DNA of 64,000 nucleotides from Bdellovibrionales bacterium (GCA_965199825.1 OZ241329.1:2464001-2528000), one strand, 5' to 3'; positions 30,333-40,436 are shown, numbered from the stretch's first letter. The notes: generated by a model not told the origin, from the sequence alone. Numbers and translations are program-made.

Positions 30333-31052
30333 TTACGACGCTCTCGCCTTTGGTGGCACTGCAGGTGGAGTGACCATTCGGTCTTGATTTAAATTTGCTG
30401 GGAATACATTTTGTGTTTGAAAGGGCTCATATTCACGTGAGCGCAAAGCATCCATCACTTTTGTTGAATGCTCATCCACTTCAGCAAACAATCGACCTTG
30501 TTTTGCATGTAAAAATGAGTAAACAAACATTGTTGGTATCGCAACCATCAATCCCATTGCGGTTGCGGTCATCGCAATCGAAATCCCTTGGGCAAGAATT
30601 GTCTGCTTTTGGGCGGCATCGGCAAAACTGATCGCTTTAAACGAAACAATCAGACCGATTACGGTTCCGAATAAACCTATTAAGGTGACAACGTTCGACA
30701 CCATCGCAAGATAACCTAAGTTTTTGATCAGCTTTGGTGCGATTTCGCTCGCCGCAATATCGAGTGCATGTTGTTGTGAGCTCTCATCGCGATCGGCACG
30801 CTCAAGAATTCGTTTTACCACGTAAGCCAAAGGCTTTTTTTCGTTGGCAGAACAAAACGTGATCGCCTCTTCTATTTTATCTTCAGAAAGTAAGGCCATC
30901 ACTTGCTTCATAAATGGTCCTGCTGGCAGGGCCAATTCAAAGTACAATGCTCTTACTCGATCAGCGACCAATACCATGGCAAATAATCCCACGAGACTGA
31001 TACAAAAATCGGCTACGAAATAATCGGTCAGAAAACTCAATACGCTTTCCAT
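30333..31052 (-). CDS. MotA/TolQ/ExbB proton channel (AglR-like)
   Basis: TLIGLFGTVIGLI.SF, GISIAMTATAMGL.VAIP; GAGGAG RBS. Confidence 0.9.
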   Translation of the reverse strand: MESVLSFLTDYFVADFCISLVGLFAMVLVADRVRALYFELALPAGPFMKQVMALLSEDKIEEAITFCSANEKKPLAYVVKRILERADRDESSQQHALDIAASEIAPKLIKNLGYLAMVSNVVTLIGLFGTVIGLIVSFKAISFADAAQKQTILAQGISIAMTATAMGLMVAIPTMFVYSFLHAKQGRLFAEVDEHSTKVMDALRSREYEPFQTQNVFPANLNQDRMVTPPAVPPKARAS

Positions 31053-31140
31053 AATTTTAAAGCTCCTCTAGTGGTTCTTTTTCGGAAGCTTTAAACAGAT
31101 ATTGGAATGTTTTGTTTAGTGTTGAGTTTTTTTACAGGCC

Positions 31141-31500
31141 TTAGAACGAGAATGGAAACTGGGTGGTCTGTCCATTGGCTTTGATCTCGATAAACCATTT
31201 TCCACCCATACCAAGGTAGAGGTCGCCGACCTCAAATTGACCCGACTGTGAGAGAGGTTTTAAATTCGGTGGCTTGATCGACATATGCATCTCGTACATA
31301 TCGAGATTAAAACTGGGCTTAGACACATCCATTGGTTTTTTTGATGCGCAATCCAAGAATTGAATTTGAAATGCGGTTTCTTTTGAAGCGCTGGGACCCT
31401 TGACCCAGGTCAACTGTGCACAAGTTTTTTGGTCTTTAAAAACAATGTTTTCAACAGCGAAGGCACCTAATTGTAATATCAAAAGGATTATGTAACTCAT
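31141..31500 (-). CDS. YtkA/FixH-like exported protein
   Basis: Signal peptide; DMYEMHM, LYLGMGGKWFI pattern. Confidence 0.55.
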   Translation of the reverse strand: MSYIILLILQLGAFAVENIVFKDQKTCAQLTWVKGPSASKETAFQIQFLDCASKKPMDVSKPSFNLDMYEMHMSIKPPNLKPLSQSGQFEVGDLYLGMGGKWFIEIKANGQTTQFPFSF

Positions 31501-31534
31501 AACCAGCAATGATCAAATTTTTGAGGCGAAATCA

Positions 31535-32002
31535 ATGACTATTTACGCAATACTTTTGTCTTTTGCAGCCGCACTTTCGATTTCTAGTGAGCAAATAAAA
31601 GATCTGCGGCTCGATTCAAAACTCAAAGTGGTCGCTTTTTTATCGGCGGACTGCCCCTGCTCGACCGATCACGAATCCTTACTCAAAAGTTCACAACTTG
31701 AAAATAAAGAGATTCAGCATGTGGTGATTGCAGCCCGGTCGGAGCATTTTATAGATTTCCCGATTCCAGTAGTGACGGATTTAAAATCCCGATTGGCCAA
31801 TGTGTTTCGGGTGGCGCGTACGCCTCATGTGTTTTTATTGGATCAAACAAATCATGTTTTGTTTCAAGGTGGGATCACAGACTCGCGCCGGGTTTCGACC
31901 GCCAAAAAAAATTATTTAAAGCAAGCGATTGAAGAAGCCTTGAATGGTCAGCTCATCACCAAACCCGAAGCGAAAGTTTTAGGATGCGTGCTGGAGCGTT
32001 AA
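31535..32002 (+). CDS. Thioredoxin-fold (redoxin-like) exported protein
   Basis: FLSADCPCS, TPHVFLLD, FQGGI.D, GC near the C-terminus. Confidence 0.75.
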   Translation: MTIYAILLSFAAALSISSEQIKDLRLDSKLKVVAFLSADCPCSTDHESLLKSSQLENKEIQHVVIAARSEHFIDFPIPVVTDLKSRLANVFRVARTPHVFLLDQTNHVLFQGGITDSRRVSTAKKNYLKQAIEEALNGQLITKPEAKVLGCVLER

Positions 32003-32403
32003 TCTTTATTTTTATGTGTGGCTGTGCCCGCCCCAATTATGAGGCCGCGGCTGAGAACGGCGAATGTGCATTTATCAAAAAAAATGACCTCTGTCCTTTG
32101 ACCATGTCGGGGCTCAACTCGTGTGCGGAGTTGCGATTCGAAAAATCGCCTGAGCTCGGCGGCGAGGATTCGGCCATTTTGCATTTCTCAGAACCGCTCG
32201 CTGATAATGTTCATTTTGAAGGTCGACTCGTGATGCCCGCCCATGGGCACTCGTCGGCGCCGCCAATTTTTGAGCGCATTGATCAAAAAACATTTAAGGT
32301 TTCGCGCCTTAGATTTTTTATGCGTGGCGAGTGGGAATTGCATTTTGAAGTTTTAAACGATCATCAAACCGTGGATCAAAATCGTGTGGCTATTTGTTTA
32401 TAG
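31984..32403 (+). CDS. FixH/YtkA-like lipoprotein
   Basis: Lipobox MCGC; MPAHGHSS, FFMRGEWEL. Confidence 0.7.
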   Translation: MRAGALIFIFMCGCARPNYEAAAENGECAFIKKNDLCPLTMSGLNSCAELRFEKSPELGGEDSAILHFSEPLADNVHFEGRLVMPAHGHSSAPPIFERIDQKTFKVSRLRFFMRGEWELHFEVLNDHQTVDQNRVAICL

Positions 32404-33232
32404 TTTAATTTTTGTAAAAGCCTTTGGAGCCAGTTGTTGTGGTGGTAATTTTGTTTTGCCAACCTTAATCACCAACGACGAGCGCGGCATTGTCACCATG
32501 ACGAGCGGCTTAGAACTGCCGCAGGCCGAAGTCGACACCCAAGGTGTGTGGCAACGCCGGCTCGATCAAGAAAAAACACTTCATTTTGATTTTCATATGG
32601 CAGCTGCCCTATCTGACCGATGGCAATTTGGTGGAACACTGCCCACCTTTTCGCGCCAAAGTCAGGAAGGCCACGGCGACGGGGTTGGTGATCTGCATTT
32701 GCAGCTCGGTTATGAGTACATCTCAAGTTTGAACTATAGCGAGTATCTCCCTCAAGCGATTGGCTTTTTGCAGATTCTGTTTCCGACGGGGCGCACATTT
32801 TCTGAAGGCGAAGCCCTGAATGTGGGAGGTCGCGGATTTTATGCATTTGGTTTGGGGAGTGCTTTTATAAAACAATTTTCGCCCTTTGATGTCTTAACGA
32901 TATTTGAATTTCATCGCAGTTTTCCATCGCATCACTTGCACCCCGGATTTGGCGGCACCTGGGCCCAGAGTGTGGGCTACAACAGGGGTAACCTCCGCCT
33001 TGGTGCAAATCTCAATTGGCTTTATGAAGATCCGGTTGAGGTCGAATTTAGTGCGATCGTAAAGCCGTCTTTAAGTCGTTTGACAACCGCCGGAGTCTCA
33101 ATCAGTCAAGTGTTTGCCGAACAGTGGGCGCTCTCATTAGGTTACACCGATCAAACTTTGATTGGCTCGCCGCTCAACGCCACGCTTTCGCGAATGATCT
33201 ATTTAAGCCTTCAATATCGCAAATTTCGCTAA
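32384..33232 (+). CDS. Putative outer-membrane beta-barrel with N-terminal SCCGG
   Basis: Signal peptide AFG-ASCCGG; GVGD, FPTG and alternating beta-strand pattern. Confidence 0.6.
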   Translation: MWLFVYSLIFVKAFGASCCGGNFVLPTLITNDERGIVTMTSGLELPQAEVDTQGVWQRRLDQEKTLHFDFHMAAALSDRWQFGGTLPTFSRQSQEGHGDGVGDLHLQLGYEYISSLNYSEYLPQAIGFLQILFPTGRTFSEGEALNVGGRGFYAFGLGSAFIKQFSPFDVLTIFEFHRSFPSHHLHPGFGGTWAQSVGYNRGNLRLGANLNWLYEDPVEVEFSAIVKPSLSRLTTAGVSISQVFAEQWALSLGYTDQTLIGSPLNATLSRMIYLSLQYRKFR

Positions 33233-33265
33233 TACAATAAATTGAACTTAAGAAAGGACTCTTTT

Positions 33266-33709
33266 GTGCAATACCTATTCGTGTTTTTTATTTTGTCGTC
33301 GCCTGCCTTTGCGGTTCTTGGCGAATCCGAAACTTCGATCGAGAAAGTGCGCCAGCATTATAATGGCGAGGCTCTTCAGTCGCCCCAAACTTTTAAGACA
33401 TATTCCCGCAACAGTTTTAAATCCCCCGACGGATTTATCATCAGAGAGTTTATCAATCCGAGCGGTCAAGTTTTTGCGGTTGCTTGGAAGGGCCCAGCCC
33501 ATCCCGATTTGTCTTTGTTGATGGGTCAATACTTTGATGAGGTGCGGGTTAAAAATCGCGAACCTCATCAAGCCAGAAAACCCTACCTCCGACGCCAAAC
33601 AGAAAATGTGGTGATCACCAAATGGGGACATATGAGTGATCTTCATGGTTATGCCATTATACCTTCGCTCACACCACCAGGTGTTTTGGAAAAGGAGATT
33701 CACGAATGA
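33266..33709 (+). CDS. DUF2844 family exported protein
   Basis: PAFAVLG, IREFINPSGQVFAVAWKGP..PDLS.LMGQYF; GTG start after AAGGA. Confidence 0.85.
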   Translation: MQYLFVFFILSSPAFAVLGESETSIEKVRQHYNGEALQSPQTFKTYSRNSFKSPDGFIIREFINPSGQVFAVAWKGPAHPDLSLLMGQYFDEVRVKNREPHQARKPYLRRQTENVVITKWGHMSDLHGYAIIPSLTPPGVLEKEIHE

Positions 33710-34914
33710 AACTTCTTTTGTGTTTTAATCTTTTGTTGATGGCAGGCTGTACTGCTTCGGGATCGTCGTCATTATTAAGTGTAGGGACTGGTGGACACAC
33801 TTTTACTCGTGTTAACGGAAATAATGTGATGGACGTCTTTGTGAGTGACTCTACTCATTGCGGTCAAAATATTTACGACAACGAACCGTGTGTCACCGTG
33901 CATATTTGCGAGGTGGGTTCGACCACTCAATGCCTCGATATTCCAAATATTTTGCTTGATACCGGAAGTTTTGGGCTGCGAATATTTTCGAGTCTTGTGA
34001 CAAGTTTAAATTTGAATCCCGTAATGATCGGCGCAAACAAATTAGCTGAATGCGCACAATTTGGAACAAATAATGACTGGGGACCTGTAGTCACTGCCGA
34101 TGTCGTTTTAGGTGGCGAAAATCCAGTGACCATTCCGATACAATTGATCAATTCAAGTTTTGCAACGGTACCCACAAGTTGCACCGATATCGACACTTCA
34201 CCCTCGACCGCGGGTTTCAATGGGATCTTAGGCGTAGGTCTCAAAAAATATGACTGCGGCAATAACTGCACATCATCAACATCGAGCGGACTTTATTATG
34301 CCTGCTCAGGTTCGACATGCAATCCTTCAACAGTGCCCTTGGCAAAACAAGTTCTGAATCCCGTCGCGGCTCAAACTACCGACAACAACGGAGTGATTTT
34401 AACACTGGGATCGGTCTCAAGTGGAGGAGAAGATACAGCTTCGGGACAATTGATTTTAGGAATTGGAACCCAAAGCAACAATGGCCCTCCAAATACGATT
34501 ACGGCCTATCAAGCAAATGCCTATGATGTGTTCCAAACTACTATTCACAATTTGGGTAATTCAAATACGACATCGATGTCTGCATTTTTGGATAGCGGAT
34601 CGAATGGACTATTTTTTCCGTCCGACACCAACACACCCATGTGCTCGCGTGCCCAAGGATTTTTTTGTCCTAGCAATACGTTGAGTTTTATCGGCAGCAT
34701 CAGCGACACCGTCAACACCGCGACCATCAATTTTAATATTGCTCATGCTGAGATCCAATTTTCTTCGGGCAATCATGTTTTTGTGAATGTCGGAGGCGAT
34801 TTCGGCTTGAATCAGATGGATTGGGGAATTCCCTTTTTTTACGGCCGCACTGTTTTTGTGCAGCTTGAAAATACAACCTCACCGTTGGGCACAGGGCCCT
34901 TATGGGGATTTTAA
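33706..34914 (+). CDS. DUF3443 family lipoprotein (pepsin-like aspartic protease motifs)
   Basis: Lipobox MAGC; LLDTGSFGLR, NGILGVG, FLDSGSNG, DWGIPFFYGR; ATGA overlap with DUF2844. Confidence 0.85.
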   Translation: MKLLLCFNLLLMAGCTASGSSSLLSVGTGGHTFTRVNGNNVMDVFVSDSTHCGQNIYDNEPCVTVHICEVGSTTQCLDIPNILLDTGSFGLRIFSSLVTSLNLNPVMIGANKLAECAQFGTNNDWGPVVTADVVLGGENPVTIPIQLINSSFATVPTSCTDIDTSPSTAGFNGILGVGLKKYDCGNNCTSSTSSGLYYACSGSTCNPSTVPLAKQVLNPVAAQTTDNNGVILTLGSVSSGGEDTASGQLILGIGTQSNNGPPNTITAYQANAYDVFQTTIHNLGNSNTTSMSAFLDSGSNGLFFPSDTNTPMCSRAQGFFCPSNTLSFIGSISDTVNTATINFNIAHAEIQFSSGNHVFVNVGGDFGLNQMDWGIPFFYGRTVFVQLENTTSPLGTGPLWGF

Positions 34915-34917
34915 ATT

Positions 34918-36939
34918 ATGGTGTGGATTCAACTTCTTTTGAGTTTCGCCACAGCGAAAACAGTGACAATCCCCTACTCTGTCGATCCCGCAACACGATG
35001 GATTGCAACCGCATCAACAAAAAATATTTTGGTGCTCGAACGGTTTGTGAAATTTCCTAAAGCAACACTTCCGGTGTCCTCCATCTCGATGTCGGTTCAT
35101 CCACACAAAGTCATGTCGCGCGAAAATGCATATGCCGAAGCTTTTTCGATTGCCAAAGTTTTTCAAGATGCAGCTCATGCACAAGATTGGCAGATCGAAA
35201 AAAACGGCGACTCCATTTTATTTCGGAGCGACTGGAAAAAGCACAATCGCCAAGTGGAGATGATCTATAAAAATTTAGGCTCACGTTACGCATTTTCGAT
35301 GGCGGTTACACGTCGAGCATTTGCACTCCCGGTCGTGGCCGAAGCGCATGTGATCATGGAGCAGTTCCAACAACGAGCCCAAATTAAAGTTTCGGCTCTT
35401 GAGCAAATGGGCGAATGGTTTTTTGGTCAACGTGCCGAGGCCGCACTCACAGGAGCACTCAATACACCCTACGGAAACTTTGGCGGCAGTGTTAGTATCG
35501 ATCAGGCCACGCTCACTCGGCTCGATAATAGTTTGACCGGGCTTGAGCAGAATTTGCTGAATCCTGTTGTGAATGGCGCAAATAATGTTGTTGGAAACGC
35601 AGGGCGGGTTGCCGGCCAAACTATTGATCGGGTGAGTGCCGCGGGCAACGGATTGATCAATAACGCTACTGGGGCTTTTAATAATGGAATTAATGGAGCA
35701 CGCGGGTTGATTAGTCAGGGTGAGCAGAGTGCAGATCGAGTGATTGATCACGCTCAAGCAGCCGTTGAAAAAGCATCATCGTTTCAAAATTTGTTTACCG
35801 CAGCTTTTGCGGCAGGAGCTGGTGGTGCTGCCGGTGTGGCTGCGGCTCAGCTTGTGATCGATGGTTCAGGCCAACTCGTTCATAGTTTGTATTATAACCT
35901 TATTGGGAAACTGGATCCTGATGAGCGCGATAAGATGAAAGCTGACGCCAATAAAGGTTTTGCCGATCTCCAAAAAAGTGCGGAGGATTTAACTCTTGCC
36001 GAAATGAGAGCGGATGCCCAACTTGCAGCTATCGAAACTGGAGGTGGAGATCTTGCAACAAACAGTGGAGAGAATTTAACTTATAATCTCGGTATGGCAA
36101 AAAAATTAAACGACGCTTTTAATGAGAAATTTAAAATTCCGACCACAAACGAAACATGTAATGCCAATTCTTATTATCTAGATCAGCGCGGACAGCTGCT
36201 CGACACGATGATTAAAATTGTAAAAGGCAAGTCACGCTCTGTCGTTTGCGAACAGGCAGAGGATTCACTCAACCAGTGGACGAGTGCGGCTCTGAGATTA
36301 AATCTCGCCCGCCAAAAAGTAGCCGCAAATGCTGGTGAAATGGCGGTGCAAATCAAAACAAATTTGATTGATGCTTATAATCCTGTTGGCAACCAAAGAA
36401 AGCGAGACAATGAGTGCTTTCGAAATGATCCTCAAGTGGAACAAATGATTGGGCCATTAATTGAGGACTGCTTAAAGAAAGGCAATTCTCGAGAATATTG
36501 TGATTCTCAATATACTCAAGGCGATACATTCAAACAGGTGTGCAACGATATCAACAAAATGAATCGCGAGAGGCCGATGGCCGCGATGCAAACCAACGCT
36601 CTTGCGCTGTCCGGCCAAGAAGCTCGAAATCTGCGTGACCTTGTTCAAAAATTGGCAGTTGCAGACTGTCCACCTGGCGATACATCTGGAACATGCGCAA
36701 AATTTGCACCTGAAGGTGGTGAATTCTTTCGAGCTAAAGCTCGCTATAATAAATTGGTTGAAAGAGGCCTCAGGGATTGTCCCAACTTTCGCCCTATACC
36801 TTTTCCCGCAGATGCTCCTGCCCCACAGATTGCCGCAACCTCAACAACCAATGAAGAATTGAGCGAAAAACAAAGCCCATCTTTTTGGTCGAGCCCAATT
36901 CGCTTCGTCACCAATTGGTGGGATCGCCAGTTTAGTTAA
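34918..36939 (+). CDS. Large exported hypothetical protein with amphipathic repeats, a Gly/Ala hydrophobic segment and a Cys-rich C-terminus
   Basis: 673 aa ORF starting 3 nt after DUF3443; signal peptide. Confidence 0.75.
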   Translation: MVWIQLLLSFATAKTVTIPYSVDPATRWIATASTKNILVLERFVKFPKATLPVSSISMSVHPHKVMSRENAYAEAFSIAKVFQDAAHAQDWQIEKNGDSILFRSDWKKHNRQVEMIYKNLGSRYAFSMAVTRRAFALPVVAEAHVIMEQFQQRAQIKVSALEQMGEWFFGQRAEAALTGALNTPYGNFGGSVSIDQATLTRLDNSLTGLEQNLLNPVVNGANNVVGNAGRVAGQTIDRVSAAGNGLINNATGAFNNGINGARGLISQGEQSADRVIDHAQAAVEKASSFQNLFTAAFAAGAGGAAGVAAAQLVIDGSGQLVHSLYYNLIGKLDPDERDKMKADANKGFADLQKSAEDLTLAEMRADAQLAAIETGGGDLATNSGENLTYNLGMAKKLNDAFNEKFKIPTTNETCNANSYYLDQRGQLLDTMIKIVKGKSRSVVCEQAEDSLNQWTSAALRLNLARQKVAANAGEMAVQIKTNLIDAYNPVGNQRKRDNECFRNDPQVEQMIGPLIEDCLKKGNSREYCDSQYTQGDTFKQVCNDINKMNRERPMAAMQTNALALSGQEARNLRDLVQKLAVADCPPGDTSGTCAKFAPEGGEFFRAKARYNKLVERGLRDCPNFRPIPFPADAPAPQIAATSTTNEELSEKQSPSFWSSPIRFVTNWWDRQFS

Positions 36940-37288
36940 GACTAAGATCGCGTTCATTCTGAGTCGGGTTTCTAATAGGGGCTGAAAATTTAAGAACTAA
37001 TGAAGCTAAACAGAATTAGTAATATAATTTCCATGACGACGTTTCATGTTATGACAGCCTAGCCTCTTGAAACTGTTGCTATATGGTAAACACATGATGA
37101 GGCCATCGACCGATTAGAGGTCGACGCGGGCACGACAAGATTAAATTGATATCATGACCTCGATCCTTTTTTTTGTGTTGGCTTTTCGGAGCCTCATTTT
37201 AAGTCAAGATCAGGAGATAAATCAGCTTGAGAAAAAACCGTCCTGGCTGAGTGCGAAGAATAAAATTTATTAAAAGAGTATGATCGAT

Positions 37289-37627
37289 TTATTTTCTTAT
37301 TGGCCAAATTCCAGTTCCATTGCCGGGCTCAAGTGGATCGGGCACACTTCTATTCAAATTTTCAATTTCAAAAGTTTGTGGCGGAATTAGCCGACCTTGA
37401 GCTTTGACCTGGGAATTCGCAAATAATTCAGCCTTTGCCATCAAACTCATTTTTTGTTCCTCCTTTTTTGGAAATGCAACTTTAAGAATTCTCTCCGACA
37501 GGGTTTTTGGAAATAAAATTATTTGATATCCATCATTTTTTTTGAGCTCTCCAATAACAAGATGGCTGGAGCGAGCCAAACAGTTATTATTTATTAATAA
37601 AAATCCTATAAAATAAATTCTGAACAT
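37289..37627 (-). CDS. Small exported hypothetical protein
   Basis: Signal-like N-terminus; overlaps the end of the upstream gene. Confidence 0.6.
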   Translation of the reverse strand: MFRIYFIGFLLINNNCLARSSHLVIGELKKNDGYQIILFPKTLSERILKVAFPKKEEQKMSLMAKAELFANSQVKAQGRLIPPQTFEIENLNRSVPDPLEPGNGTGIWPIRK

Positions 37628-38967
37628 GCCGATTTGCTTTCCTTAGTTTTTTCTGAATTGTATTTAGCGTCAAAGATTTTGCGTTCTGATTCCATAATAT
37701 CTTGAGCGGACTCATAAAGCTGAAGATTCAAACCTGTATTGTCTGTTGAGCCTGCTTGGCGCTGTTGAGCCAGGTCTTTGAATTTCGGATTTGTTTGTAT
37801 CAACCTCTCGCGCTCAGCCTTTAATTCTTTTTCATGACTTAAAAAACGATCAAGGTATTTCTTATAAGCTGGGTTATTAATATGCCTTGCCAGGTTTAGC
37901 ATTTTATCCAAAGAGGCTAGCGTTTCAAAATCTACTGTTAGATCAGAGATCTTAATTTTGGTTTTTCCCAATTCCACAAGGTCGATGGCTTTGCTGCGAA
38001 GGTTTGCGTATTCTTGAAGCTTCGCTCTAAAGGTCATTTTATCGATGTATGACATTCCACTTTGGTTTTGAATGGCGGCACTAATCGAGGAAATATTTTT
38101 TTGAAACACTTGATTACTATCGCAGTTGGCCATGTTCTTGACCACGTCAGAAGAATCAGATTCGATGTTGAGTCGCAGCTGGCGTACCTGATCGGTGGCA
38201 GCTTGTCCTGCAGGGGTATTGATTTCGGGAATTCCTGGACCGAATAGAGCTCGCCGTGTAGTTAGAAAAATCTCTTCTAGAGATTTGCCCGGTTTCATCT
38301 CGTTGCCGAATATTTTGCCAAAATCAGTGTAAGAAACTGTTGTCGCAGAGGCTGCCGAAATCACGCAGGTGTTGCTATTTGCAAGTTCTTGGGTTGCTCC
38401 CGAGTAGCAGCTGACGTCAACGATTGCGAGTTTGATATGTTTCTTGTTTGCGACATCAATAATGTTTGAGAGAGACGCCAAGGTCATAGGATCGCGGTCA
38501 CTTGTTGCGACCTCATGTGATGGATATTTCTCATTCGGTGGAGCACCGTGAGAATTGATAACAATGAGTAACTGACCACCCGGAGGAATTTTGTTTTGAT
38601 CGAGTAGTGCATAAACGGTATCTAATTTATCGAACGCATTTGCTTGCGTGAAGCTTGACGCCTTAGAATCTAAATTTTGGGCAAGAATTTTCTCGGTCGC
38701 TTCATGACCTCCATTAAAACTTGCGGTTGTGATATATTGACTCGCGTTCAAACCTTTAAGGGTTGCTTGAAGGGATCGATCAAAAATAGTTGCAGATCCA
38801 TCCGGCTCCCCTCCACCGCCGAGAACCACCGCAACTTTTTTATGTCCTGACAATCTGTCGAGTTCAATCAGTTGATGAGGCTCAAGCGGGATTTGATCAC
38901 TGCCGATAGCAAAAGCAAAATGAGTGTGTGAAAATAGCGATAAAATAACGAGGATTTTGTATTGCAT
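37606..38967 (-). CDS. Exported clan CD (caspase/legumain-like) cysteine peptidase-like protein
   Basis: LLIVINSHG and AIVDVSCYSG His/Cys dyad spacing; CVISAAS; helical C-terminus. Confidence 0.65.
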   Translation of the reverse strand: MQYKILVILSLFSHTHFAFAIGSDQIPLEPHQLIELDRLSGHKKVAVVLGGGGEPDGSATIFDRSLQATLKGLNASQYITTASFNGGHEATEKILAQNLDSKASSFTQANAFDKLDTVYALLDQNKIPPGGQLLIVINSHGAPPNEKYPSHEVATSDRDPMTLASLSNIIDVANKKHIKLAIVDVSCYSGATQELANSNTCVISAASATTVSYTDFGKIFGNEMKPGKSLEEIFLTTRRALFGPGIPEINTPAGQAATDQVRQLRLNIESDSSDVVKNMANCDSNQVFQKNISSISAAIQNQSGMSYIDKMTFRAKLQEYANLRSKAIDLVELGKTKIKISDLTVDFETLASLDKMLNLARHINNPAYKKYLDRFLSHEKELKAERERLIQTNPKFKDLAQQRQAGSTDNTGLNLQLYESAQDIMESERKIFDAKYNSEKTKESKSACSEFIL

Positions 38968-39403
38968 GGGATCAACGTTAGCATATTGAAAAAGGTAATT
39001 TACAGATTATGTTTTGGCGCGGGATGTTGGCGTGAACGATGGTATGTCGGGCGATCTTCAGCCTGGCACGATATACGGATTACCGAATTGGTCTTTACTT
39101 TTAGTTGAAATTCAGTAATTTCGCCTGCCGATACAGTAAGAGTGCTGACTTCAAGCGTCAATGAAGTAAAAGACAGCAAAACTTCTTCCAAAAAAAATTT
39201 ATTCTCAGTACTTGAACCCAAATCGGTACAACTGAAAACATAAACACAAAATATTTAAATCTAAGATTCGAGTTATCAAAACTATCGCCGCCGGGGGGCC
39301 ATTCGCGCTTCATGGTTTTCAGGCTTTACATGCACATAAAACGCTTACCGATTTGACACCGCCAAAATTTCGGTGGTTCGCTAGAACTGTATTTGTTCTC
39401 ATA

Positions 39404-39419
39404 AGGCGCTAAGCTTGCA
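39404..39419 (+). promoter_or_regulatory. Putative sigma54 promoter
   Basis: AGGCGCTAAGCTTGCA (GG-N10-GC) upstream of the GH16 gene. Confidence 0.45.
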
Positions 39420-39455
39420 TAAAATAAATAAACCGCATCAGAAAGATGAATCAAA

Positions 39456-40409
39456 ATGATACGAATTTTTTTTGCTTTAAATGTTGTGGCTGTGTTCTGT
39501 ATCTGCGGCATGCAGGGCTGCTCAAGTTATCATGCCTCTCAACTTTTAGGAAATTCGAGTGCGAGTTCGGTTGCAACACCATCTCCGTCACCATCAAGCA
39601 CGCCCGCAATTGCTCGACCCTCACCAATATCTGATTCTGCCTATGCCAATTGGACAATAAAATTTGATGATGAGTTCACCTCTCTTGATAGTATTTCTTT
39701 AGGTTCGGTATTCAATGGAGCCAAATGGTATAACGGCACTGAGCAATGCTGCATGGGTGATTTTATCCAAACACCCAGCGGAGTTGTTGGCACTGGCTTT
39801 CCGGCGGTTATGTATCCGACTCAAGTCAATTCGATTTCAATTAACCCGTACACTCTATTGTCAGGTGGTGGCCTCGATATCACTCTAAATAAAACAAAAG
39901 ACTCCTGGTATTCGGGAGTATTAACAACAGTGGATAAAAACAAAATTGGTTTTACACAAAAATATGGTTACTTTGAAATCAAAGCCAAACAACCAACTGG
40001 CCTTGGAGTTTGGCCTGCATTTTGGTTGCTCAGTACCGATCCTGCTATGGGTGGTGAAATTGATATCTTCGAATACTATGGAGTGTCACAAGGCCAAGGA
40101 TTTTGCACCACGCTCCACGACTGGAGAAATGGTGGAACAGCCATGGACAATGATCACGCATGCCCAAACAATCTTGTCGCAAAGGATGTTCTCACAAATT
40201 CCTACCATACTTACGGGATGCTCTGGACCGAATCAACGATGACATTTTTCTTGGACGGGACACCAATGTTTAACCGCGCCACACCCGATGTGATGAAGCA
40301 GCCTTACTATATGCTAATCAACAATGGAGTTGGGGGTTACTGGCCCACCGATCAAACACCGACTCATACCGATTTTGAAATATTATATGTAAGGACCTAT
40401 GGTCCCTAA
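39456..40409 (+). CDS. Glycoside hydrolase family 16 lipoprotein
   Basis: Lipobox MQGC, Ser/Pro linker, FDDEF, YGYFE, GVWPAFWLL, catalytic EIDIFE. Confidence 0.92.
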   Translation: MIRIFFALNVVAVFCICGMQGCSSYHASQLLGNSSASSVATPSPSPSSTPAIARPSPISDSAYANWTIKFDDEFTSLDSISLGSVFNGAKWYNGTEQCCMGDFIQTPSGVVGTGFPAVMYPTQVNSISINPYTLLSGGGLDITLNKTKDSWYSGVLTTVDKNKIGFTQKYGYFEIKAKQPTGLGVWPAFWLLSTDPAMGGEIDIFEYYGVSQGQGFCTTLHDWRNGGTAMDNDHACPNNLVAKDVLTNSYHTYGMLWTESTMTFFLDGTPMFNRATPDVMKQPYYMLINNGVGGYWPTDQTPTHTDFEILYVRTYGP

Positions 40410-40436
40410 CTCACGAGCAAATGTGCTCAAAAAAAT

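Noticed and set aside
31075..31110. FliA-like promoter before the ExbB-like gene
   Set aside because: -10 (TCCGAAAA) is plausible but -35 is poor
36940..37288. Intergenic gap as ncRNA, riboswitch or small gene
   Set aside because: No recognisable RNA motif; only very short ORFs
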